This document shows positions 18,973-27,842 of a DNA stretch of 48,478 nt, piece by piece (position 1 is the stretch's first letter; each line of letters opens with the position of its first letter). The DNA comes from a bacterium. Lineage in GTDB: Bacteria; Patescibacteriota; Patescibacteriia; Magasanikbacterales; GWA2-37-8. The position numbers and the translations under genes are program-made. The stretch lies in the NCBI GenBank assembly GCA_021790135.1, contig JAJYIJ010000001.1:1-48478 (forward strand). Reading direction: 5' to 3'. The notes under the pieces are model-generated. The model did not search any database, was not told the DNA's origin, and was given only the letters and a program-made list of their open reading frames with translations.

Positions 18973-20019
18973 ATGTCAAACTGGTTGGATCTTAAAGACA
19001 ATCCTCGATTGCGTTCAGTGTATGAGAGGCGCGGTCAAATACTACGTTGTATTCGTGAATTTTTTTGGCAACGTAATTTCGTCGAAACCGATGTGCCAAC
19101 CGCTCTGCGTTATCCTGGACAGGAACCGTATTTAAATCCGGTACCCCTTACGTTCCATGACCCGCTCGGGAGGCCACAACCATTGTACTTACAAACGTCG
19201 CCTGAATTTAGTTTAAAAAAATTGTTAGCCGCGGGCTTCTCCCCAATTTTTTCTCTGACGCGCAGTTTTCGCGACTATGAAGAATTTGGGCGGACCCACA
19301 ACACTGAATTCACGTTGCTTGAATGGTATCGAGCTCCTGGGGTGTATCAGGATTTTATGGAAGATATGGAAGCGCTTTTTAAATATGTAGGCGCCAAACT
19401 TGGCTGTACAACGCTTCGTTGCCAAGAGAATTCCGTATCGCTTCAACAATCCTGGCAACGCCGGAGCATGAAAGAATTATGGTCACAGTATATCGGAATT
19501 AACCTTGACAATTATTTGGAATTTGAACCACTTCGGGTCATCGCGAAAAAGCGCGGTTATACTGTGAATGAAAGTGATGAATATGAAGATATCTTTTTTA
19601 AAATTTTTTTGAATGAAATTGAACAACATCTCGGCTTTGACGCTCCAACATTTGTCTATGATTATCCGAAGAGAATGTCGAGTCTGTCTCGTGCCTGCGC
19701 CGATGATCCCCGCTACGCCGAGCGCGTAGAATGTTACATTGCCGGCCTAGAAATAGCGAATGGTTTTGGGGAGCTGGTTGATGCGAACGAACAAAAGCAG
19801 CGGCTTGAAGTGGACCAAGCACTCCGCCGGAAGTTGGGAAAAGCAACCTGGCCAATTGATCCAGAATTTATTGCCGCCTTGGGCGCTAAAACGCTCGACA
19901 CCGCAGCTGGGGTTGCCATGGGCGTTGATCGTATGGTACTATTATTCACCGGCGCTCACGATTTGAATGAAGTTATTTTCCAATCTGTTGCCGATCAGTT
20001 TGAAAACAATCAGCAGTGA
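18973..20019 (+). CDS. epmA: Elongation factor P--(R)-beta-lysine ligase (PoxA/GenX, truncated class II LysRS paralog)
   Basis: Class II aaRS motifs without an anticodon-binding domain: FVETDVPTAL, LQTSPEFSLKKLLAAG, SFRDYEEFGRTHNTEFTLLEWY, GLEIANGFGELVD and GVAMGVDRMVLL. I moved the start to the ATG at 18973, because the ORF-track start lies inside the rpsR terminator. Confidence 0.88.
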   Translation: MSNWLDLKDNPRLRSVYERRGQILRCIREFFWQRNFVETDVPTALRYPGQEPYLNPVPLTFHDPLGRPQPLYLQTSPEFSLKKLLAAGFSPIFSLTRSFRDYEEFGRTHNTEFTLLEWYRAPGVYQDFMEDMEALFKYVGAKLGCTTLRCQENSVSLQQSWQRRSMKELWSQYIGINLDNYLEFEPLRVIAKKRGYTVNESDEYEDIFFKIFLNEIEQHLGFDAPTFVYDYPKRMSSLSRACADDPRYAERVECYIAGLEIANGFGELVDANEQKQRLEVDQALRRKLGKATWPIDPEFIAALGAKTLDTAAGVAMGVDRMVLLFTGAHDLNEVIFQSVADQFENNQQ

Positions 20020-20071
20020 GTAACAGATTAATATTTTTCATTATTCTCCATTATTTAATTTTTTTACTCAT

Positions 20072-20641
20072 ATGGCTCAAACAAGTGATATCCGCAAGGG
20101 AGTAGTGATTAGGCAGCCGAACGGCTTATTTGTTGTTGTTGATTTTCAACACGTTAATCCTGGTAAGGGCGCTGCTTTCACGCGCACCCGTATGAAAGAC
20201 CTCGGCAGCGGCAAAGTGATCGAAGTCACCTACAAATCCGGAGAAACTGTCGATATTGTCAGTGTCCAGTTTCAAACAATGCAATACCTTTACAAGAGTG
20301 GTGAAAACTATGCTTTCATGAACATGAGCAGCTATGAACAAATTGAAATGAATGGCGATCTGGTTGGTGATGATGCAAAATATCTAAAGGAAGGGTTAGA
20401 AGTAATCATTGGCATATATGAAGATCGCCCGGTTTCTATCCAACTGCCGAAAAAAGTCCAATATAAAGTGGTTGAAGCCCCGCCCGCAGTCAAGGGTGAC
20501 AGCGCGTCCGGTAATGTCACCAAAGAAATTGTGCTGGATAATGGATTACACGTGCAAGCGCCAATATTTATTAAGGATGGCGAAGAGATTCTGGTTAATA
20601 CCGAAACCGGGGAATATTCCGCTCGCGCCAGCAAAGATTAG
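20072..20641 (+). CDS. efp: Translation elongation factor P
   Basis: The loop VNPGKGAAFTRTRMK carries the conserved modifiable Lys (K32 here). Three-domain length of 189 aa. Confidence 0.95.
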   Translation: MAQTSDIRKGVVIRQPNGLFVVVDFQHVNPGKGAAFTRTRMKDLGSGKVIEVTYKSGETVDIVSVQFQTMQYLYKSGENYAFMNMSSYEQIEMNGDLVGDDAKYLKEGLEVIIGIYEDRPVSIQLPKKVQYKVVEAPPAVKGDSASGNVTKEIVLDNGLHVQAPIFIKDGEEILVNTETGEYSARASKD

Positions 20642-20674
20642 CGCGATCGCGATAAATAATAGAAGTATAAAAAA

Positions 20675-20702
20675 ATGGACGAAATGTATCGTCCATTTTT
20701 TA
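20675..20702. terminator. Bidirectional rho-independent terminator (efp / histidine kinase)
   Basis: AAAAA, ATGGACGA (20675-20682), loop, TCGTCCAT (20689-20696), TTTTT. Confidence 0.65.
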
Positions 20703-20710
20703 TTGTAGAA

Positions 20711-22303
20711 CTATTTTTTTTCTGGTGAAGAAGCATGATTTGGGGGCAGAGCGTCTTTAATCTGTTTAATAATAGTTTCTAGTTTCAAATCGGCTTTAAT
20801 CAAAACAGTCAAAGGATGAAATTTTGCTAACTGTTCTGCGAGTTTATCGTCGCTGACGTTGGTCAGTATGATGACAGGCAACTTCGCCAGGCTCGGATCG
20901 GCTTGGAATCGCCGCAGTAGTTCGGTGCCGCTCATTGCCGGCAGAACCAGATCAAGGACAATCAAATCGGGTTTATCGTTCTGTGCAATCGTGAAGCCTT
21001 TTTCGCCATTATCCGCCTCAGCAAAACGAATGCCGTTTTTTTCTAACATCGAGCGCAAGAGCGAACGTAAATTTTTGTCATCGTCGATGACGAGAACCAA
21101 TGGCGGTAGTTTTTCGTGAAAAGGCAAAGTAATGAAAAAAGTCGTGCCTTTGTTTTCTTCGGAGGTAAACGTAATTGAGCCGCCGAGCTGGCCAACGACC
21201 GACTTCACCGTGTAGAGTCCGAGACCGGTTCCGCTTGGTTCACGTTCTTTAATATTGTCAGCTCGGAATAGTTTCGAAAAAACTTTAGATTGATCTTTTT
21301 TGGGTATGCCATACCCAGTATCGGCGACAGAAATTTTGAGAAGGTCGGCTTCTTTTTTGACCGTAATGGTGATTGATCCTTTTTCCGGGGTGTATTTAAC
21401 GGCGTTGGTGACAAGATTCTGAAAAATAATTCTAATTTTTTTTTGGTCAGTATTGCAAGGTGGTAAATTATTAGCATCAGTCTGCAGATGTATTTCTTTC
21501 TTTTGCAAAAATGGTTTAACTTCTTCAATCGCTTCAGTGAGCGTCTTGGATAAGTCAACCGGTTCAATTTTTGTTACCATCGTGCCAAGATCCAAGCGTG
21601 AAACATCCAGGATCTCATTAACCAACTCCACCATATGCCGCGTGCTGTTGTAGGCTTCCTCAAGGTAACTTTGCTGGTCTTTCGTAACCGGACCGGCATC
21701 ACGCGACAGAAGGAGTTCAAGATACCAACTGATAGTAGAAAGCGGCGTGCGCAACTGGTGTGAAGCCAAATAGACAAATTCACTTTTAGCTTTGTCTATT
21801 TCTTTCTCTTTGGTGATGTCGCGAAAGACTTCGATTGCGCCGACCAGTTTGTTATTCACAATGATCGGTGTGGCAGCAATATAGACGGCAAAATCAAAAT
21901 CGCCGGTATGGACAAAACGAAATTCCTTGGTCACTATTTTTTCACGTGTTTCAATGCAGCGATGCAAAGGGTGACGTTCCACCGGCACGTGGTTGCCCTG
22001 CTCGTCGGTTAAAAGTGAAATATCTCCGAGCCGTTTACCGATCATGCTCGGATCCCAAGAAAGCACTTCTTCAGCGACGCGGTTCATAAAAATAATTCGG
22101 CCTTCCTGGTCGGTCGCGACAACACCGTCACCAATGCTGTCCAGCATAGCGGCAGTTCGTAATTTTTCTGTTTCCGAATCAGCCGAGGCAAAGGAGGATT
22201 GTTTTTTTATTTGCTGAAGCAGGCCGGATTTACGGGTGTACAAATAAACGAGGGCGATAATCAGAACGAGCGAAAGAATCTGCAGCCACAGGGCGAAGTC
22301 CAT
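20711..22303 (-). CDS. Hybrid sensor histidine kinase (TM, PAS, HisKA, HATPase_c, C-terminal receiver)
   Basis: N-terminal TM helix. PAS block LDSIGDGVVATDQEGRIIFMN. H-box ASHQLRTPLSTI. N/G boxes NLVTNAVKYT and DTGYGIP..GTGLGLY. The receiver domain has VLVIDDD and DLIVLDLVLPAMSG. Confidence 0.88.
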   Translation of the reverse strand: MDFALWLQILSLVLIIALVYLYTRKSGLLQQIKKQSSFASADSETEKLRTAAMLDSIGDGVVATDQEGRIIFMNRVAEEVLSWDPSMIGKRLGDISLLTDEQGNHVPVERHPLHRCIETREKIVTKEFRFVHTGDFDFAVYIAATPIIVNNKLVGAIEVFRDITKEKEIDKAKSEFVYLASHQLRTPLSTISWYLELLLSRDAGPVTKDQQSYLEEAYNSTRHMVELVNEILDVSRLDLGTMVTKIEPVDLSKTLTEAIEEVKPFLQKKEIHLQTDANNLPPCNTDQKKIRIIFQNLVTNAVKYTPEKGSITITVKKEADLLKISVADTGYGIPKKDQSKVFSKLFRADNIKEREPSGTGLGLYTVKSVVGQLGGSITFTSEENKGTTFFITLPFHEKLPPLVLVIDDDKNLRSLLRSMLEKNGIRFAEADNGEKGFTIAQNDKPDLIVLDLVLPAMSGTELLRRFQADPSLAKLPVIILTNVSDDKLAEQLAKFHPLTVLIKADLKLETIIKQIKDALPPNHASSPEKK

Positions 22304-22309
22304 ACGCTG

Positions 22310-22750
22310 TTAATTGGTGATGGAAATGGTCTGACCAAGTTCAGCGTGCGGCGCCGCCACCACGATGCGGCTGTCCGAATTTTCATAGATAGTATAGCCC
22401 GTCCCGTTTGTATCGGTACTCGGCAACAGTGGATCAACTGGGAGAGCGCTGATGTAGGTCGGCGCCAGAGCATTCAGGTCAATCATATTGGCGCAACTGG
22501 CAGCATTGGTTTTACAGACTTCGGTTGCCGTTCCGCTCGGGATTGAACTAGGGAAGCTGCCGTTATCAATCTCGTACTGATACACGGCGCTTAAAATCGT
22601 TTTTATATCCACTTTCCGCTGGGCATTACGCGTGTTGCCAAGTTGCCGAGCTGGATTAATTGCCACGATAACAATGCCGGCCAGAATGGCAATGGCTGCC
22701 ACCACCAAAAGAATTTCTAAAAGGGTAAAACCCCGCTCACGTTGTAGCAT
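22310..22750 (-). CDS. Type IV (major) pilin with prepilin N-terminal cleavage/methylation motif
   Basis: MLQRERG|FTLLEILLVVAAIAILAGIVIVAINP has Gly-1, Phe+1 and Glu+5. It is small (146 aa) and has a C-terminal Cys pair (CKTNAASC). Confidence 0.85.
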   Translation of the reverse strand: MLQRERGFTLLEILLVVAAIAILAGIVIVAINPARQLGNTRNAQRKVDIKTILSAVYQYEIDNGSFPSSIPSGTATEVCKTNAASCANMIDLNALAPTYISALPVDPLLPSTDTNGTGYTIYENSDSRIVVAAPHAELGQTISITN

Positions 22751-22816
22751 ATGATAATAAAATTAAGAAGATACACTTCTACCAGTATAGCAAAAAAACG
22801 CTCGCCGCGCCAGTTG

Positions 22817-23218
22817 TTAAAAATGTGTTACTTCCTGCCAGCTGACGGTCGAGCTGGTTGTGGAGCTGGTGCTAAAATTTACGGTGAGGGCTAATCGTTT
22901 GGTGAAATTTTGGCTTGTAGCTGTGACTTGGATGGTACGGCTGCCGCCATTGGGCGTGATCGTGTAGGTGCAGGAACCCTGCGGGGTGGTGGTCGTAATC
23001 GTTTGTGTTGAACAATCTTCCGCGGTCAGGAGCGCCTGCTCAGCACAGCCATCGGCCAGATAGCGCGTTTCTAACGCACCGGTTAAATCAAGACTAGCAC
23101 GACCAGATAGAGCACCGGTTAAAAAAAGATATAATGCCAGCGTTGCCCCGATTGCGCCGATGATGATGACTGATAATAGAAGTATAAAACCATTTTGCTG
23201 CGCCGCAATTGTCTTCAT
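22817..23218 (-). CDS. PilX/GspK-like minor pilus protein (hydrophobic N-terminus lacking Glu+5)
   Basis: N-terminus QQNGFILLLSVIIIGAIGATLAL has no Glu+5. Three Cys residues are present. There is a 4-nt overlap with the upstream pilin-LamG gene. Confidence 0.55.
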   Translation of the reverse strand: MKTIAAQQNGFILLLSVIIIGAIGATLALYLFLTGALSGRASLDLTGALETRYLADGCAEQALLTAEDCSTQTITTTTPQGSCTYTITPNGGSRTIQVTATSQNFTKRLALTVNFSTSSTTSSTVSWQEVTHF

Positions 23219-24918
23219 ATTTTTGTTTGAATTGACTGGCCGTTCTCGGCCCCGCAGGCTTCCACAGTTAGACCGCCGCCGTTTTCTTCGCTCACCGCGT
23301 AATAGCTTTTGTCAGGGCTGCCGAATTTAGGATCATTTGGAATGCTGGGCAAATATCCTTGCAGGCTAGCACTCAAATCTAAGCAGGCATTGGCTGTTGT
23401 CGTGGCAGCAGTTCCCCCAGTTGGGACGGCAATGGTAGAGTAGCCAATGCCAACTGCCGATAAAGCAGGCGATACACCAGTGAGAGCAGAAGCAAAGAGA
23501 GACTTGTACTGGAAGAATTCATTGGCAGCAATGTTAGCTAGTTGAATATTATGCGGCGGTGCCAGTAACCCGGAGGGCTGAGTGTAGTAGCTGTTTGCCG
23601 TTCCGTCCGGCCCAACGAATGGCGGGTTGGCGGAACAGGTTTGGTCCGGACACGAACGCGCTTGAAATTTAAGTTCGCCAGCACCTCGTTCGTAGTTGGC
23701 CAGCACTTCACTAGCGGACAGAGCGCGATTATAAACTGCTATCTCATCAAGATCAGCATAAATTTGGCCGCTATCGTAATATCCTCCGTTGCTAAGTATG
23801 CCCCGTCCGATAGATACAGGATCGTTTGAATTTACAAAGCCTATCGATTGGACCGATTCCGTTGTGTCCAATTGGCCATTCTTATAAAAAGATAACTTAT
23901 TATTTGTTCTGTCCCAAACAGCGGTCCAATAAGTATAAGTGCCGATTGGGCTAGTTCCATTTGATGTTATCAATATTACACGCGTTCCATCGCCAAATGC
24001 AAGTAAAATTTTACCGGTGTATCCTTGGCCGCCTACGACAAGTTCCCAGCCATTATCAGCGGCTATTTTCCAATCCGCCGAACTAATAATTGCCGGGTCA
24101 TATCCGGTTCCTTGCCCCAATCGATCCATCCAAAAACTGATAGAAAAATCACCTGATCCGGGTTGGAGCGAAGGGCTGCTCGGAATTCGAATAAAGCTAT
24201 CAACGGTTCCGCCAGCATTACCAAATTCGAGAGCAGTGTTAAATTGCCCATTTTTGCCGGCCAAAGGGCATGTCGCACCAGAACACGACCCGTTGTTATT
24301 TTTCCCCGAACTATCACCAAATGTTGTTGCACCGCTGGCCTCGTCCAGGTGCATGAGCAGCACATTGCCATTCATGTTCGCATTGCCCGTCGGATAGCTG
24401 CTCTCACTTTGGCCATTGTTCGGCAAGGGACCGAGTGGGAAGAGTGGTGTCCAAGAAAGATTCACCCAATTGTTTGTTCCTGGTCCTGCATCTTTAATAC
24501 CGGAAGAGTAATCGCCAGAAGGATTAGAAGCGGGGTTGCTCAATTCAACGGCGCTATCTTTAGAACTTAGAGTCGTGTTTGAAAAAGTACCTTGACTAAA
24601 AGTGCTTGCCGAGTCGGTTAGACTGGAAGCAGCGCCGCTGGCTGCCGCCGCCACCCCACCGCACAATATAGAACAGCCGTTCGACGCCGTACCAAGCATT
24701 TGCGTAGAGGAATTTATTCCCGGCGGATAGACGCCGTCGTGATCAACAGTGTATTGATAAATCGCGCTGGCAATGGAAGCGATGTCCGCCTGCCGGCGCG
24801 AATTGCGCGCATTGGCCAGTTGGCGACCCGGATTGACAGCAATGATAACGATACTGGCCAGAATGCCGATTGCCGCTACTGCTAGCAAAACTTCGAGAAG
24901 CGTAAAACCTTTTTTCAT
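23215..24918 (-). CDS. Prepilin-type N-terminus fused to a large LamG (Laminin_G_3 / concanavalin-A-like) domain; candidate pilus tip adhesin
   Basis: The N-terminus is MKKG|FTLLEVLLAVAAIGILASIVIIAVNP. The LamG signature blocks are LHLDEASGATTFGDSSGKNNNG, ALEFGNAGG..DSFIRIP, FSISFWM, WTAVWDRTNNKLSFYKNGQL and DLDEIAVYNRALSASEV. Confidence 0.85.
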   Translation of the reverse strand: MKKGFTLLEVLLAVAAIGILASIVIIAVNPGRQLANARNSRRQADIASIASAIYQYTVDHDGVYPPGINSSTQMLGTASNGCSILCGGVAAAASGAASSLTDSASTFSQGTFSNTTLSSKDSAVELSNPASNPSGDYSSGIKDAGPGTNNWVNLSWTPLFPLGPLPNNGQSESSYPTGNANMNGNVLLMHLDEASGATTFGDSSGKNNNGSCSGATCPLAGKNGQFNTALEFGNAGGTVDSFIRIPSSPSLQPGSGDFSISFWMDRLGQGTGYDPAIISSADWKIAADNGWELVVGGQGYTGKILLAFGDGTRVILITSNGTSPIGTYTYWTAVWDRTNNKLSFYKNGQLDTTESVQSIGFVNSNDPVSIGRGILSNGGYYDSGQIYADLDEIAVYNRALSASEVLANYERGAGELKFQARSCPDQTCSANPPFVGPDGTANSYYTQPSGLLAPPHNIQLANIAANEFFQYKSLFASALTGVSPALSAVGIGYSTIAVPTGGTAATTTANACLDLSASLQGYLPSIPNDPKFGSPDKSYYAVSEENGGGLTVEACGAENGQSIQTKI

Positions 24919-24923
24919 ACAAT

Positions 24924-25424
24924 TTACAAATGATTACGGAGCGTTGCCGCATCCAAAAAAGTACGTTGGTAAGAAAATTCTTGCCGTCCGCCCGGATTAG
25001 CCGTCGTTAAAGTAATGCCGAACTCGATTGATTGATAGGAATTGCTGCTGCCTTCCTTTTCTCCAAAATAAACAGCGTTGACTTCAACTGGCGCGGCATT
25101 CAAAGGTTGGCTGACGCCATTTTGGATACTATCCAAATCAGTCCCATTCAAAGTTATGAGGCTGGTGGCTCCAGATAGCGATTGGATGGACAGGCTCGTT
25201 GGCGACAGCACCGTGACGTGGCTACCAGTGCGGATTTCATCGGCAATAATGGTCATCATTCGCGCTCCCTGGTCTTCCACTTCAGTGACCATTTGATTCT
25301 TAACGCGGGCGGATAAAAGAATATTAATAAAATAAACAGTACTGAGTAATACGGTAGCGGAAATAGCAATATAGAGCAAGGTCTCAATCAGGGTAAAACC
25401 GGATTTTTGAAATTTTATTGACAT
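24924..25424 (-). CDS. Minor pilin / pseudopilin
   Basis: Prepilin motif FQKSG|FTLIETLLYIAISATVLL. Confidence 0.75.
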   Translation of the reverse strand: MSIKFQKSGFTLIETLLYIAISATVLLSTVYFINILLSARVKNQMVTEVEDQGARMMTIIADEIRTGSHVTVLSPTSLSIQSLSGATSLITLNGTDLDSIQNGVSQPLNAAPVEVNAVYFGEKEGSSNSYQSIEFGITLTTANPGGRQEFSYQRTFLDAATLRNHL

Positions 25425-25876
25425 AGAGTAGAGGTAGGAACGGAGGCAAAAAGATCAAGCCAGTTTGTTAAGACAGTGGTGAGAGTAAATTGTTCTGCTT
25501 GGCCGTTGCTTTGCCACTGCACGTCCGCGCTAATCTGCTTTGTTGTGGAAGCAATACTAGTGATTGTGATGGTGCGTGAAAAAATTCCTTCTTGATCCGG
25601 CGCGGTTGTGAAAGTCCAGCCGGCAGCTGTCGTAGTGACGCCGTAAGTGCCATCTGTTAAGTTGGAAAAATTTTGATTTCGCAAACTGCGCGTCGCCTCC
25701 AGCCCTTGTTCGGCTAAAAAAGCCGCTCGGTTACGTCGCCCCGCTGCTCCCGCTGCGTTTGTTACTTCGGCGAAGGTGGTTACAAAACCGAGCGCTAAAA
25801 TAGCAAAAAGTGTCGTGGCCAAAATTACTTCCACAAGTGAAAATCCGCGCTGATTTTTGTAACTTGGAAATTTCAT
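25415..25876 (-). CDS. Minor pilin / pseudopilin
   Basis: Prepilin motif NQRG|FSLVEVILATTLFAILALGF. It overlaps the next gene by 10 nt. Confidence 0.75.
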   Translation of the reverse strand: MKFPSYKNQRGFSLVEVILATTLFAILALGFVTTFAEVTNAAGAAGRRNRAAFLAEQGLEATRSLRNQNFSNLTDGTYGVTTTAAGWTFTTAPDQEGIFSRTITITSIASTTKQISADVQWQSNGQAEQFTLTTVLTNWLDLFASVPTSTLCQ

Positions 25877-25899
25877 ATTAATAATTTTCTGGTGGCCTG

Positions 25900-25993
25900 T
25901 TAATTGTCATTCTGAGCGAAGCGAAGAATCTGAGTTGTTTGTGCAGATAAAGACGCTTAGATCTTTCGCTTCGCTCAAGATGACATCAATTAA
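25900..25993. repeat. Palindromic intergenic repeat element, copy 1 (arms TGTCATTCTGAGCGAAGCGAAGAATCT / AGATCTTTCGCTTCGCTCAAGATGACA)
   Basis: ~35-nt imperfect inverted arms (25900-25934 and 25956-25993) flank a ~20-nt spacer. The element fills the only sizeable gap in the pilin operon, and its right end overlaps the stop of the upstream pilin gene. A related copy lies at 42577-42657. Confidence 0.8.
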
Positions 25994-26436
25994 TCACTCA
26001 CCAATCCTGAGCGGTCAATGCTGACCGTGTCGCTTTGGCCGGAGATACTAGTAAGCACGATAGCGGCACCGGCTGAAGGTTGGCCACTGCCTTCAGCAAA
26101 GTCAATTTCTATCGGTGTAGCCACGCTAACGGAAGGTGGAAAAGAGTAAATTTTATCAGAACTAACCAGGCGAGTGGCAAAATTAGTTCCCTGAAAAATC
26201 GTTATGCTGCTTTTGCTGGCATTAATTCCCCAGCCGCTATCTGAGCGGCCAGCAGCGGCCGCGGCCGCTGCTTCACGCGCGGCCTGAACCGTTAAAAATT
26301 GGCTGGTGGCTAAATCATTTTCTAAAATTAAATTGCGAAAAACGGGCACAGCCGCCACCGCCAAAAGGGAAAATAAACCCATCACGAGCAAGACTTCAAG
26401 CAGGGAAAAGCCGCTAGGGAGAAATGATTTTGACAT
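25990..26436 (-). CDS. Minor pilin / pseudopilin
   Basis: From the internal ATG at 26436 the N-terminus reads MSKSFLPSG|FSLLEVLLVMGLFSLLAVAAVP. The 50-codon Arg-rich extension in the ORF track (to 26586) overlaps pilC2 and looks spurious. Confidence 0.75.
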   Translation of the reverse strand: MSKSFLPSGFSLLEVLLVMGLFSLLAVAAVPVFRNLILENDLATSQFLTVQAAREAAAAAAAGRSDSGWGINASKSSITIFQGTNFATRLVSSDKIYSFPPSVSVATPIEIDFAEGSGQPSAGAAIVLTSISGQSDTVSIDRSGLVSD

Positions 26437-27832
26437 ACTGTGCGCTGACCCAGCCAGTGGTGGAAGCAAAATCGATGGCATACCAACCATTCTCTTGGGA
26501 AGTAAAATGATATTGTGTTCCCGAGGGCGCCTGGCCGATGACTGGCGCCGTCGTAGTGGCGGAAGCATGAACGCGGAGAGATGCACTTCCAGTCGTGGTA
26601 ATAACGAGCGTTGGGCTGCTTACTTGAGAGCGTGGCGTAGAGGCGGCCACCGTAGACGGAGTGGAGATATGCTGCACGGCCTGAGCTGGCATGCCAACGC
26701 CCTCCGGGTTCGTCGATTCTTGTTGGCTAAGACCGCCGACGAGACTGTAGATAGGCAAAATAACGGCCAACGCCACTGCTACCACGCCCAGCCATACAAT
26801 AACGAGCAGGATTGGTTCCAGTATCACGCTCAAATTTTTTGTTGTAATATCAGTCTTGGCGTCATAAATATCAGCGATTTTTAAAAAAGTTTTGGTCAGT
26901 TTGCCAGACTGTTCACCAGCAATGATCAAACCCTGCACAGGCATCGGAATAAGTCGTTTGGCGTGATGAAAAGTCGTAAAGGCCTCGGCAAAGGTTCCGC
27001 CATTATTTATCGTTTCACTAAGATGGCGATAAAATTTACGAAAAGCAATAAGCGATTCGGCGCTTCCGAGCGAATCGATGGCCTCCACCACCGGTAAACC
27101 GCCATCCAGAAGCGTTCCCATGATGTAGCCGAACCGTGCCAATTCTGTTTCGCGAATCAACTCTTTTACTCCTGGAATAAAAAATAGAATTGTTTGGCCA
27201 ATAAATCGTGTCGGACCAAAAAAGAAAATGAAATAGCCGAGCACAGCTAACGTCAGAACAAAAAGTGGAATAGCGATGTTGCCGTAGGCGGAAAGAAAAG
27301 CCCCCAATTGCATGAGCACTTTGGTTACGAGCGGCAGTTTCAAATTGAGCGACGTGAAAACTGTGGCGAGACGCGGCAAAATGAACCAGGCAATACCGAT
27401 GCCGGCCACAAGCGCCAAACCAAGCACAAAAAGCGGGTACATGGCCGCTGAACGAATTTTAGATTTGAATGTACGATTTTTTTCTTGCTGCACCACCACG
27501 ACGTTTAAGCTTTTTTCTAAACGTCCGCTTGCCTCACCAATTTTCAAAAGTGAAGTGACAGAACGCGGAAAAAGCCCGGTCCGCTCTAACGCCAAACCAA
27601 GACTGAAACCTGAAGCAATATCTTCATCAATTTGATCAATAATTTTTTTTAGCCAGGCGGAGCGGATTTCTTGTTTGATTGATTGCAGTGCCGTCACAAT
27701 ATCCATTCCCGCCGACAACAGCATGCCTAAATTTTCAATAATATAACTACGCTCCTCACTGGTACCGAGGCTTTGTAGTCTGATCAGAAACCGTGAATTT
27801 TTTTTGGTCGCGGATGATTTTTTTTTGGACAT
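26414..27832 (-). CDS. pilC: PilC/GspF-family platform protein, copy 2, with a ~100-aa C-terminal extension ending in an SH3b-like domain
   Basis: The T2SSF repeats are LLKIGEASGRLEKSL and LIIAGEQSGKLTKTF, with three TM segments. After the last TM comes a Ser/Thr/Pro linker. It is followed by LRVHASATTTAPVIGQAPSGTQYHFTSQENGWYAIDFASTTGWVSAQYV, which matches the bacterial SH3 (SH3_3) pattern. The start is set at the ATG at 27832, just after the pilB2 stop. Confidence 0.85.
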   Translation of the reverse strand: MSKKKSSATKKNSRFLIRLQSLGTSEERSYIIENLGMLLSAGMDIVTALQSIKQEIRSAWLKKIIDQIDEDIASGFSLGLALERTGLFPRSVTSLLKIGEASGRLEKSLNVVVVQQEKNRTFKSKIRSAAMYPLFVLGLALVAGIGIAWFILPRLATVFTSLNLKLPLVTKVLMQLGAFLSAYGNIAIPLFVLTLAVLGYFIFFFGPTRFIGQTILFFIPGVKELIRETELARFGYIMGTLLDGGLPVVEAIDSLGSAESLIAFRKFYRHLSETINNGGTFAEAFTTFHHAKRLIPMPVQGLIIAGEQSGKLTKTFLKIADIYDAKTDITTKNLSVILEPILLVIVWLGVVAVALAVILPIYSLVGGLSQQESTNPEGVGMPAQAVQHISTPSTVAASTPRSQVSSPTLVITTTGSASLRVHASATTTAPVIGQAPSGTQYHFTSQENGWYAIDFASTTGWVSAQYVKIISP

Positions 27833-27842
27833 GTCCGCAGAA

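Noticed and set aside
22751-22816. Sigma54 (-24/-12) promoter upstream of the major pilin gene
   Set aside because: No GG-N10-GC arrangement with correct spacing could be found on the minus strand. Only a TATACT -10-like hexamer without a convincing -35 is present.
26306-26884. 192-aa plus-strand ORF
   Set aside because: It is antisense to the pilC2 3' end and the minor pilin start. The composition is Arg-rich and low-complexity, and there are no start signals.
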